Origin: Candidatus Omnitrophota bacterium
GTDB taxonomy: Bacteria > Ratteibacteria > UBA8468 > MWAK01
Assembly: GCA_043797665.1 (NCBI GenBank)
Contig: JAZDPL010000060.1
Location: 1 to 55,867 of the forward strand
Direction of reading: 5' to 3'
DNA: 55,867 nucleotides
Position numbers and translations under genes: made by a program. Under the pieces are notes generated by a model. The model was not told the origin of the DNA, searched no databases, and saw nothing but the letters and a program-made list of their open reading frames with translations. Shown here piece by piece: positions 47,200 through 55,734 of this stretch (the stretch's first letter is position 1; each line of letters starts with the position of its first letter).

Positions 47200-48344
47200 A
47201 GACGCTCAGGCATGAGGAACCGGACATCGTTCCCTGGGGGGAACACTCCATTGACTACAACATCTACGAACAAGTGTTGGGCAGAGAGACGTTGGTTTCC
47301 GCCAAAATCAGGCAGGTTAAGGCCCTATGGGAAGGCCGGCGAAATGAAGTGGTCACATCCTATAAACGGGATATTATTGGCCTGGCCGAAGCGCTCGGTT
47401 TTGACATTATCATGGCTCCCCTGATGCCCTCGGTCAAGGAAGAACAGAAGCCCATGGAACGGGTAGACAAGGATACCTACCGCGACGAAAAGGGAAATCT
47501 CTACCGGGTCTCTTCCGTAACCAATGACTTGATGCCCTTCAAAATGAATCCGGAGGCTTTCAGACCGCCCACCCTGGAAAGTATTAAGGAAGAACTAAAC
47601 GAACTTGAACGCAGCGGCGTTCCGGAACCGGACGAATCATCCTGGGAAGTTGTAAGACACATCATTAAAGAAAAGAAGAAGACCCATTTCATATTCACCT
47701 TCTGGGGAGGACCACAATTGCCCTCGTTCGGACAGACCGATGAAGATTTTTATGTCAACCTTATTTTACACCCGGAAATGCATGAGGCAATTGCTGAATT
47801 GCAGGGAAAAAGGTCCATCGCCAGCCTGAAATATGCCGCAAAGCAAGGTGTAGATGCCATTATGTATTGCGCTGACCTCGGCTCTTCCACCGGGCCGCTG
47901 TTCAACCCGAAAATATTCAAGGAGCACGTTCTGCCCTGGGAGAAAAAATACGTTGCCGAAGCTCACCGCCTGGGACTTTTTGTCATCAAGCACTGCTGCG
48001 GGATGGTCTGGGACTTTGTCGACACCTTCGTGGAGGCCGGGTTCGATGCTTACGAAGGCATCCAGGCCAGCGCCGGGATGGATATGAAACTGTTAAAAGA
48101 GAAAGTGGGTAATAAATTAACCCTTTGGGGCGGCGTTAAAAACGAAAATCTGATTCTGGGGACACCGGACGACGTCAGAGCCGATGGCCGGTATGCCATC
48201 AAGTGGGGAGCGCCGGGCGGCGGATTCATTTACGGCGCCAGCCATTCGCTGGCGGTTGGCACCAAACCGGAAAACCTTGCCGCTATGAAAGAAACCCTCC
48301 AACGCTGGGGGATGTATCCGGTAACAGGCGCCGGAACTTTTTAG
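47172..48344 (+). CDS. uroporphyrinogen-decarboxylase-like (URO-D-like) family protein, third copy in window
   Basis: Start set at MLSRERV, with SD aaggggga upstream. C-terminal motifs as in 10769-12963 (LTLWGGV, IYGASHSL). Overlaps the preceding gene by 28 nt. Confidence 0.7.
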   Translation, partial: RMLSRERVLKTLRHEEPDIVPWGEHSIDYNIYEQVLGRETLVSAKIRQVKALWEGRRNEVVTSYKRDIIGLAEALGFDIIMAPLMPSVKEEQKPMERVDKDTYRDEKGNLYRVSSVTNDLMPFKMNPEAFRPPTLESIKEELNELERSGVPEPDESSWEVVRHIIKEKKKTHFIFTFWGGPQLPSFGQTDEDFYVNLILHPEMHEAIAELQGKRSIASLKYAAKQGVDAIMYCADLGSSTGPLFNPKIFKEHVLPWEKKYVAEAHRLGLFVIKHCCGMVWDFVDTFVEAGFDAYEGIQASAGMDMKLLKEKVGNKLTLWGGVKNENLILGTPDDVRADGRYAIKWGAPGGGFIYGASHSLAVGTKPENLAAMKETLQRWGMYPVTGAGTF

Positions 48345-48367
48345 GGACATCAGATGGAGGATTCGGA

Positions 48368-49558
48368 ATGAAATATCTAAACATTGGCGTTATTGGAGTC
48401 GGCGGCCGCGGAGGGCTGGCTGACCACGCGCACAAACCGAAAGAAGGTGTAAAAATTGTCGCCGGGGCCGACATCAGCGATAAGTTTCTGACGGAATTCA
48501 AAGAAAAATACGGACCGGAAACATTTATTACCAAAGACTATCGGCAAATGCTGGTGCGACCTGAAATAGGTGCGGTTTTTGTCACTTCGCCGGATTTCAT
48601 GCATGAAGAACACGCGATTGCTGCGTTGGAGACGGGAAAATCGGTTTACCTGGAAAAACCGATGGCAATTACCATTGAGGGTTGCGACCGGATTCTGCAA
48701 ACCGCTTTCCGGAAAAAGGTTAAGTTATATCTCGGCCACAACATGCGCCACATGACTTTTATCCTGAAAATGAAAGAACTGATTGATAAAGGCGCAATCG
48801 GCGAAGTAAAATCCGGCTGGTGCCGGCATTTTGTCTCCTACGGTGGGGACGCCTATTTCAAGGACTGGCACGCGGAAAGGTCCAAGGCGACCAGTTTGCT
48901 GCTTCAAAAAGGCGCGCACGACATAGACATCCTGCACTGGCTCTGCGGCGGTTACACCAGCCGCGTTACCGCTCTGGGCGGGCTTACCCTTTACGATAAG
49001 ATAACCGACCGCCATACCCCTTCGGAACGCGGAGATAAGAGTTGGCGCCTGGAAAACTGGCCGCCGCTTTCACAAAAAGGATTGAACCAGATTATTGACG
49101 TGGAAGATATAAGCATGATGCTAATGCAGTTGGATAACGGCGTTTTTGCCTCCTACCAGCAGTGTCACTATACGCCGGACGGCTGGCGGAATTACACCAT
49201 CATCGGAACCGAAGGCAGGATAGAGAATTTCGGGGATAACCCCGGGGAGTGTGTGGTGCGTCTCTGGAACAGGCAGAAATACTATAATCCTTACGGAGAT
49301 GAGCAATACTTTATTCCCTCGGTGGTCGGCAGTCACGGCGGGGCAGACCCCAGCATCGTGGCCGAATTCATACGCTACGTCCGGGAAGACGGCAAGATTT
49401 CCACCTCGGCAATCGCGGCCCGCAACAGCGTGGCCGCCGGCTGCCTGGCCGCCCATTCGCTCCGCAACGGCGGCATACCCATGGAAGTCCCGAAAGTACC
49501 GGAAGAAATAATTGCCTATTTTGATACCGACGTGGCAAACCCTGCACCCGCCAACTGA
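48368..49558 (+). CDS. Gfo/Idh/MocA-family oxidoreductase
   Basis: Start set at MKYLNIGVIGVGGRGG (Rossmann), with SD ggagga upstream. EKP motif present. Confidence 0.85.
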   Translation: MKYLNIGVIGVGGRGGLADHAHKPKEGVKIVAGADISDKFLTEFKEKYGPETFITKDYRQMLVRPEIGAVFVTSPDFMHEEHAIAALETGKSVYLEKPMAITIEGCDRILQTAFRKKVKLYLGHNMRHMTFILKMKELIDKGAIGEVKSGWCRHFVSYGGDAYFKDWHAERSKATSLLLQKGAHDIDILHWLCGGYTSRVTALGGLTLYDKITDRHTPSERGDKSWRLENWPPLSQKGLNQIIDVEDISMMLMQLDNGVFASYQQCHYTPDGWRNYTIIGTEGRIENFGDNPGECVVRLWNRQKYYNPYGDEQYFIPSVVGSHGGADPSIVAEFIRYVREDGKISTSAIAARNSVAAGCLAAHSLRNGGIPMEVPKVPEEIIAYFDTDVANPAPAN

Positions 49559-49585
49559 CCGACAATCATACCCTCACTAATACCC

Positions 49586-50650
49586 TCACTTAGAGGTACT
49601 ACCCTTACTGTCGTGGTAATGCCACCGCGCAGCCGGGCCTTTGCCCCGGCAGGTGAGTTTGCCATCGGACTTCAGGTCTGCCAGTAAAGCGCGGATCCAG
49701 TCACGTCCCACGCCGGGGCAAGCCTGTTCAATGTCGCTCAGACGGAAGTCCCCTGCTTGACTACGAATGGCGTTCAGAACCAGGCCCGCTTTGGCACCTT
49801 TGGGTTCCTTAGTCTGGCCAACCCGCTCTTCAAACTCGTGATAGGCGGTTTTCAGAACGAAGAGGATGTAATTGACGAAGGGCCAGGGATTATGCTTGCC
49901 TTCGTGCCAGTCTTGGGAACTCTGCTCCAGGATTTCGTAATACCGTTCCTTGTTCTGTTCTATCAGACGCTCCAGACTGATGTAACGCCCGACTTCGTAC
50001 CCCAGATGGTAGACCTGGAGCAGAAACATCAGTCGTGAAACTCTGCCGTTCCCGTCGCGGAACGGATGAATACAAAGGAAATCAAGGTTGAATGCGGCCA
50101 AGGCAATCAGAGGATGTACCCAACGGTCGCGAAGACAATTATCCCAGAGTTCCAGCAGTTCAGTCATCGCGTCTGGGGTTGCAACTGCAGGAACCGTTTT
50201 GAAGCGCATCCGGGAAGTGCCGTCTGCATGCTTTTCAATGATGTCGCAATCCTTTTCCTTATATTTGCCCGCGTCCCAAATTTCCCCGCGCGCCAGACGG
50301 TGCAGTTTCAGAATGGTCCCCTGGGAAACCGGCAGGCCGGCACCTTGTTCATGAATGAGTTTGAGCGCTTCCCGGTATCCGGCAATTTCCTCTTCATTCC
50401 GATCCCGTAACAGCGGCTTGCCGAAGACGATGGTGGCCACCCGTGACCTGTCCACTTCCACACCTTCTATTCGATTGGAAGAAACCGCGCTTTCTATAAG
50501 GGCGTGTTCGCGCAAGACCTTCAGCCGCTGTGGTGACTGCCGCGTGAATAATTCCTGTTTTCCTTTGGCTTCACCCAAATCGGCGAGATACCATGCGGTC
50601 GTCATCGGCAGGGATTCCTGCTTGTCCGAGAGTTGTCGAAAAGTCATCAT
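49586..50650 (-). CDS. Fic-family protein (class II, with N-terminal inhibitory SxxxEG helix) and C-terminal winged-helix domain
   Basis: HPFRDGNGRVSR Fic motif and SNRIEG inhibitory motif. Confidence 0.85.
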   Translation of the reverse strand: MMTFRQLSDKQESLPMTTAWYLADLGEAKGKQELFTRQSPQRLKVLREHALIESAVSSNRIEGVEVDRSRVATIVFGKPLLRDRNEEEIAGYREALKLIHEQGAGLPVSQGTILKLHRLARGEIWDAGKYKEKDCDIIEKHADGTSRMRFKTVPAVATPDAMTELLELWDNCLRDRWVHPLIALAAFNLDFLCIHPFRDGNGRVSRLMFLLQVYHLGYEVGRYISLERLIEQNKERYYEILEQSSQDWHEGKHNPWPFVNYILFVLKTAYHEFEERVGQTKEPKGAKAGLVLNAIRSQAGDFRLSDIEQACPGVGRDWIRALLADLKSDGKLTCRGKGPAARWHYHDSKGSTSK

Positions 50651-50678
50651 ACCTTATTCCTCTATAATTGAAATCCGG

Positions 50679-51713
50679 TTACGTTCCCCGGCGGCCAGCC
50701 AACTGACCGCAGGCGGCCGCGATATCCTGTCCCCTGGAATGGCGCCGGGTAACCTTCACCCCTTTCTCCTGAAGGTGGTGAATAAAGATACTCACCACTT
50801 TTTCGCCGGAAGGTCGAAATCCCAAACCCGGAAAAACGTTCAGAGGAATTATGTTCACCTTCGCCTTTATCCGTCCGGCTATCACTGCCAATTGCCTGGC
50901 ATCCTCCACGGTATCGTTTACCCCCTGAATCAGGGTGTATTCAAGAGTAATCTTTCGTCCGGTTTTTTTGGTATATTCTTTACAAGCCGGAATAAGTTCT
51001 TCCAGGGGATATTTTCTACTCACCGGGACAAGTTTACTGCGCAACACAGAATTTGAAGCGTGAAGGGAAACCGCTAAATGAACCTGAAGTCCTAATTCTG
51101 CAAACCGCTTTATTTCCGGAATAAGTCCCCCGGTGGAAACCGTGAGCCTCCGTGCCCCGATATTTAAACCCTCGGGACTGTTAATTATCCGGATTACTTT
51201 TATCAGGTTTTCATAATTGTCAAAAGGCTCTCCCATACCCATAAAAACCACGTTGGTGACGGGAGACTTCCGGGTATGGATGAGAAACAACAATTGGCTT
51301 ATCATTTCGGAGACGGTGAGGTTCCGGACAAAGCCGTTCTGTCCGCTGGCGCAGATTAAACAGCGATATTTACAGCCAACCTGAGTGGAAAGACAGGCGG
51401 TCTCTCTATCTTTAGCGGGTATGGAAACGGTTTCAATACGCCTGCCGTCAGCCAGTTGAAAGAGAAATTTTCCGGTCCCATCGTTTGATTTCAGACTCTG
51501 GAGCATCTTTATGCTCCCGAAACAAAAGAGGTTATTAATCTTGTTTTTGAGGGAGATGGGAATATTTACCATCGCCTCAAAATCAGTAACCCCTTTTCTA
51601 TATATCCAGCCAAAAATCTGGTTAGCCCGGTAGGCAGGGTCGCCTGCGGCAATCAATCTTTCCTTCAGTTCCTGCAGGGTGAAATTCTTTATATCGGTTT
51701 TATCATCCATCAA
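50679..51713 (-). CDS. rlmN: 23S rRNA (adenine2503-C2)-methyltransferase RlmN-family radical SAM enzyme
   Basis: CKYRCLICASG radical-SAM cluster motif and the conserved MGMGEP motif. Confidence 0.85.
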   Translation of the reverse strand: MMDDKTDIKNFTLQELKERLIAAGDPAYRANQIFGWIYRKGVTDFEAMVNIPISLKNKINNLFCFGSIKMLQSLKSNDGTGKFLFQLADGRRIETVSIPAKDRETACLSTQVGCKYRCLICASGQNGFVRNLTVSEMISQLLFLIHTRKSPVTNVVFMGMGEPFDNYENLIKVIRIINSPEGLNIGARRLTVSTGGLIPEIKRFAELGLQVHLAVSLHASNSVLRSKLVPVSRKYPLEELIPACKEYTKKTGRKITLEYTLIQGVNDTVEDARQLAVIAGRIKAKVNIIPLNVFPGLGFRPSGEKVVSIFIHHLQEKGVKVTRRHSRGQDIAAACGQLAGRRGT

Positions 51714-51731
51714 TGTTCAGTATAAAATTTG

Positions 51732-53030
51732 CTATTTAGCCAGCCAGCAATGTAAACACAGCCTGTCTGCAGGCAGACCGATTGCCTGAACCAGGTCCTC
51801 GGTGGTGTTATATTTAAGCGTATCCGCCCCAATGAGTCTGGTAATTTCTTTGACCGAATGATTCCGGGCAGCCAACTCCCGGTAGGACCGGGTGGATATG
51901 TCATACTTACAGGGTGACATTAACGGCGGACAACCTATTCTCACGTGGACCTCTTTGGCGCCCGCGGACTTCAATTCCAAAACCTTATTCCGAATCTGGG
52001 TTCCCCGGACGATGGAATCGTCGCACAAAACAATCTTTTTCCCGGCAACCGCCTCTTTCACCACCGAGAGTTTGGTCTTGGCTTCCAAATCCCTTTCCGG
52101 CTGGGTCAGGGGAAGATAACTCCGGCTGGCAAACCGGTCAATCAGAAAAACCTCTTCATAGGGAATTCCGGATTCTTTATGGTATCCCAGAGCGTAACCA
52201 ATCCCGGAAAAAGGAACCGCGGCTACCACATCCACCTTCAGGTTGTCCTTTTTCGCCAACCTCCGGCCTAAATTGTTTCGTACTCTCACTACCGGCACGC
52301 CTTCAATGATAGAATCCATTGAGGCAATGTAACCCCACTCAAAAGCGCAGTGGGCAATCCGGTCTCCTTTGACCCGGCTCCTGGTACTGACCCCGTTCTT
52401 ATTGATAAGCAAAATCTCACCCGGTTCTACGTCTCTAAAAATTTCAAATCCGGTCAAATCAAAGGGACGCGATTCGGAAGAGACCGCATATCCTTCCTTG
52501 CTTTTCCCTAAGATGAGCGGTTTAAACCCGGATGGGTCACGCGCCACATAGATTCCCTCTCTGGTCAGGATTAAGATGGTGTAGGACCCTTTTACCCGGA
52601 GAGCCAATCTTGCCAGGCCATCGACAAAGTCATTCCCCTGAACCACCATCTTGACTAAAAGTTCAGACTGGGTATGATTAAAAAAAGAATGACCCTGTCC
52701 CTTCATTTCTTTAAAGAGACTTTCCGCATTGATGATATTACCGCTGAAAGCAAAACCGAAAGGCCCCAACTTGGACTCAATGAGTATGGGCTGCCTTTCG
52801 CTGAGGCTGACATGACCGATGCCATAATGATTGGAGAGTTCTTTCAACCCCTGAGGCGTAAATGTATGCCGGACAAACCCTTTGTGCGTACTTAATCTAA
52901 CCCCTCTTTTGAAGGTAGCGATACCGCAGTATCTCTGTCCCCGGTGTTGAAGTTTAAAGATGCCCCAGTAAATCTTCGGAACGCAGTCACCAACAGAATA
53001 GACCCCGAACACTCCACAATTTTCCGCCAT
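51732..53030 (-). CDS. purF: amidophosphoribosyltransferase
   Basis: A short propeptide, then the N-terminal nucleophile CGVFGVY, then a PRTase domain and C-terminal Cys ligands (B. subtilis-type). Confidence 0.9.
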   Translation of the reverse strand: MAENCGVFGVYSVGDCVPKIYWGIFKLQHRGQRYCGIATFKRGVRLSTHKGFVRHTFTPQGLKELSNHYGIGHVSLSERQPILIESKLGPFGFAFSGNIINAESLFKEMKGQGHSFFNHTQSELLVKMVVQGNDFVDGLARLALRVKGSYTILILTREGIYVARDPSGFKPLILGKSKEGYAVSSESRPFDLTGFEIFRDVEPGEILLINKNGVSTRSRVKGDRIAHCAFEWGYIASMDSIIEGVPVVRVRNNLGRRLAKKDNLKVDVVAAVPFSGIGYALGYHKESGIPYEEVFLIDRFASRSYLPLTQPERDLEAKTKLSVVKEAVAGKKIVLCDDSIVRGTQIRNKVLELKSAGAKEVHVRIGCPPLMSPCKYDISTRSYRELAARNHSVKEITRLIGADTLKYNTTEDLVQAIGLPADRLCLHCWLAK

Positions 53031-53048
53031 AAGATTCCTCCTACCTTA

Positions 53049-53098
53049 GTAGAGGTTCAATTTATCGAACCCGCGGGTCGGATGAATCCGACCCCTAC
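53049..53098 (+). repeat. REP-like element R8 with compensatory base-pair changes in hairpin 1, followed by agttttgattgcaa
   Basis: gtagaggttcaatttatcgaacccgcgggtcggatgaatccgacccctac. C-G to T-A and T-A to C-G double substitutions keep the stem intact. Confidence 0.75.
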
Positions 53099-53119
53099 AG
53101 TTTTGATTGCAATCTGGTA

Positions 53120-54574
53120 TTAGTCGGAAAGGCTTTCTTCCATCTTCTGATATATCCGGTACCTTTCCTGATAAATACCTGCCTTTTTCCGCTCCGGATT
53201 AAATACCTTCCCGTAACCGGCGCTTTTCAGGGCGCCGTTGACATCAAACCCTTTCTCTAATCGGCTGGCCGCCAGAAAAGCGCTGCCTGCAGCGGCTTCC
53301 TCTTCAACCTGACTGATGACAAGCGGTTTGTGGAAAAGTCTGGCGGCAATTTCACCCAGGAGAGGATTTCTGCGCATCCCGTTTCCGGCGCCGACAACCC
53401 TGCTTATTTTTGGGCTGCCCATCTTTTCATAAAACGAATAAAGTTCAAAGATAATCCCTTCCATAAGGCTGAAGAGAAAATCAGGCAGTCTGAAATTTTC
53501 TTCTCTGATTAAAGCCAGGAAACCTTTCTTGTCCGGCTCTTCCCTGGTGCCGCAGAAGAACGGCCCGCACAAAATGGGAGAAGAAATATTCTTATGGTTT
53601 TTAAGAACTCCTTTCATCTTTTCGTAGAGAAGATTCTCCTTTTTATGGAAAATCTTCCGGCCGATTTCAGCCAGAAAACGTTCTGCGATGGCTAAGGTCT
53701 TTCCCCCGGAAAGGCAAGCCCCTACCAGAAGATAATCCTGGTTCATAAAGTACCGGGTATCAAGCCCTTTGTGCCGCAGGAACTTATCAATCTTCAAAGA
53801 AGACTGGGAACCGGTACCCACGTTTAATAACAATGTCTTATCCAGGTAACCGGCTGAACCGAAGATTGACGCCTGGTTATCGCCAATCGCTCTCAATACC
53901 GCGGTATTTTTTGAGAAACCTAAGACACTACCCGTCTCGCCAACCTCCGGAAAAATCTCGGCGGGAATCCCTAACCTTTCAATTGCGGACCAGAGCCACT
54001 CCTTCCGTTTGATGTCATAAAAACCGCTGGACCCGGCACAGGTTACGTCCGGAGAAACCGGTTCACCGGTCAGAATTGACGCTAAATAATCACCGAGAAA
54101 ACATACCCTGGCAGCCTTCGGCAAAAGTCTTTTTTTATGGAACCAGAATACGGTTGGACCGAGAAAACCGGTACTCACCTTCGTACCGGTATCATAAAAA
54201 ACATCTTCGCCGGTCATTTCAATAATCTTCCGGAGAAAGTTTTTCCCCGGCTCGCCGGGATAAGGAAGCAGGCAACGCTGGTCCTGCCAGGCGACCAGAC
54301 GACTCTGAGGACGGTTATGCCGGTCAACGAAAAGACAACCGTGCATCTGGGTGGAAATCCCGATACCATTGACCGTACTTCCCGCCCCAATCTTCTTTAG
54401 TATTGCGTCCGCTAATCTGATGGTTTTGTTTACGTCCATCTCGTAAAACGGACCGGAGACCCTCAAAGCGTTATGAGGATACGAAAGCATTTCCCGGATT
54501 TTATTCCGCTCCGAATCGTATAGAACCCCGGCGATCTTGGTCGTTCCCAAATCCAGACCAATGTATAGTCCCAT
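53120..54574 (-). CDS. FGGY-family carbohydrate kinase (xylulokinase/glycerol-kinase-like)
   Basis: The N-terminus MGLYIGLDLGTTKIAG is the canonical FGGY start. The longer ORF to 54643 reads through repeat M3. Confidence 0.8.
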   Translation of the reverse strand: MGLYIGLDLGTTKIAGVLYDSERNKIREMLSYPHNALRVSGPFYEMDVNKTIRLADAILKKIGAGSTVNGIGISTQMHGCLFVDRHNRPQSRLVAWQDQRCLLPYPGEPGKNFLRKIIEMTGEDVFYDTGTKVSTGFLGPTVFWFHKKRLLPKAARVCFLGDYLASILTGEPVSPDVTCAGSSGFYDIKRKEWLWSAIERLGIPAEIFPEVGETGSVLGFSKNTAVLRAIGDNQASIFGSAGYLDKTLLLNVGTGSQSSLKIDKFLRHKGLDTRYFMNQDYLLVGACLSGGKTLAIAERFLAEIGRKIFHKKENLLYEKMKGVLKNHKNISSPILCGPFFCGTREEPDKKGFLALIREENFRLPDFLFSLMEGIIFELYSFYEKMGSPKISRVVGAGNGMRRNPLLGEIAARLFHKPLVISQVEEEAAAGSAFLAASRLEKGFDVNGALKSAGYGKVFNPERKKAGIYQERYRIYQKMEESLSD

Positions 54575-54580
54575 CGGTAG

Positions 54581-54630
54581 AGGGGTTGTCACCTCTGGCA
54601 AATAGTCAACTTTATTCTGTGACAACCCCT
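54581..54630. repeat. solo 50-bp miniature of the TIR element: 12-bp inverted repeat AGGGGTTGTCAC / GTGACAACCCCT around a core related to the 26067-26096 TIR
   Basis: cacctctggcaaatagtcaactttattctgtgacaacccct against cctctggcaaatagttaattttattgttgagcaacccct. Confidence 0.55.
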
Positions 54631-54769
54631 TATATTTTCGCATACCGGATTCTTGGTGTCAACGAAAGATTGAACCGGACATTTACTTATGGAGGGAATT
54701 TATGATAAGATAAACTACTGAGATATTAAAAGATGAATCCACGGGAACGCGTAAAAACGGAGGAATAAA

Positions 54770-55264
54770 ATGAGAAATGAAAAGGTGTGCGAATTGAGTC
54801 TTGAAAAATTTCAATTGTTTGGTTCGTTTGCGCGGATGATTAACCCTGACGGCGCAAAGCTGGGTGCCCCACCGATTGAATTTTACCGCGACATGCTCTC
54901 TCTGAAGATTGGTACCCCAACCGCTTCCTTTTCGGTCTGCCGGGTTGAAAAGAGACCGATGATGGTGGATGTGACGGAATTTCACAGTTGGTGCGGTGAA
55001 GGTATTCTTCCTCTGGACGGAGACATCCTCATCCACGTCGGTCCGGCTACGCCCAAAGGAGAAGTCCCGGTAGGAAAAATAAAGATATTCCGGGTTCCCA
55101 GAGGCACGATGGTGACTTTAAACCCGGGTGTCTGGCACCACGCTCCGTTTGCCTATAAATCTGCGGCGGTCAACGTCCTGATTGTCCTGCCGGAACGCAC
55201 CTACGCCAACGACTGTACCGTAGAAAAGATTCCCCCAATCAAGCAGATTCAGATTAAAACCTGA
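54770..55264 (+). CDS. ureidoglycolate lyase (AllA)-like cupin protein
   Basis: VWHHAPFA and NDCTVEKIP align, from memory, with E. coli AllA VWHHPLFA and NCDVESIPE. 164 aa. Confidence 0.6.
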   Translation: MRNEKVCELSLEKFQLFGSFARMINPDGAKLGAPPIEFYRDMLSLKIGTPTASFSVCRVEKRPMMVDVTEFHSWCGEGILPLDGDILIHVGPATPKGEVPVGKIKIFRVPRGTMVTLNPGVWHHAPFAYKSAAVNVLIVLPERTYANDCTVEKIPPIKQIQIKT

Positions 55265-55278
55265 TTAAAGGAGAAACG

Positions 55279-55734
55279 ATGCAGAACAGATGTTTAAATT
55301 TCGGACTGGTTTTATTAGTGGCGGTCAGCCTGACCGGCTGCGGAAGAGATAAACCGAAGACCGCAAACGAGTGGGTTGACAAGGGGTTCTATGCTTTTGG
55401 AAAGAAGAATTATAACGAGGCGGTCAAGTGTTATACCAGAGCAATCGAACTTAATCCCAACGACCCGTATACTCATTATCTCCGGGGCATGATGTACGAA
55501 GGAAAAGGCAACCTTGATAAGGTCTTTTACTCCTTTGCCATCAGCGATTACGAGCAGGCGATAAAGATTAAGCCGGACTTCACCCAGGCTTATTACAACC
55601 GGGGAATGGTATATTATTACCAGAAAAATTACGCCAAAGCCTGGGAGGATGTCCGCAAGGCACAGAGTTTAGGATACGAACCCATACCATCGTTCCTTGA
55701 CTACCTGCGCAAGGCTTCCGGACAGAGCAAGTAA
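55279..55734 (+). CDS. TPR-repeat lipoprotein
   Basis: Lipobox LTGC after a hydrophobic signal, followed by three TPR units (AIELNPND..., AIKIKPDF...). Confidence 0.7.
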   Translation: MQNRCLNFGLVLLVAVSLTGCGRDKPKTANEWVDKGFYAFGKKNYNEAVKCYTRAIELNPNDPYTHYLRGMMYEGKGNLDKVFYSFAISDYEQAIKIKPDFTQAYYNRGMVYYYQKNYAKAWEDVRKAQSLGYEPIPSFLDYLRKASGQSK

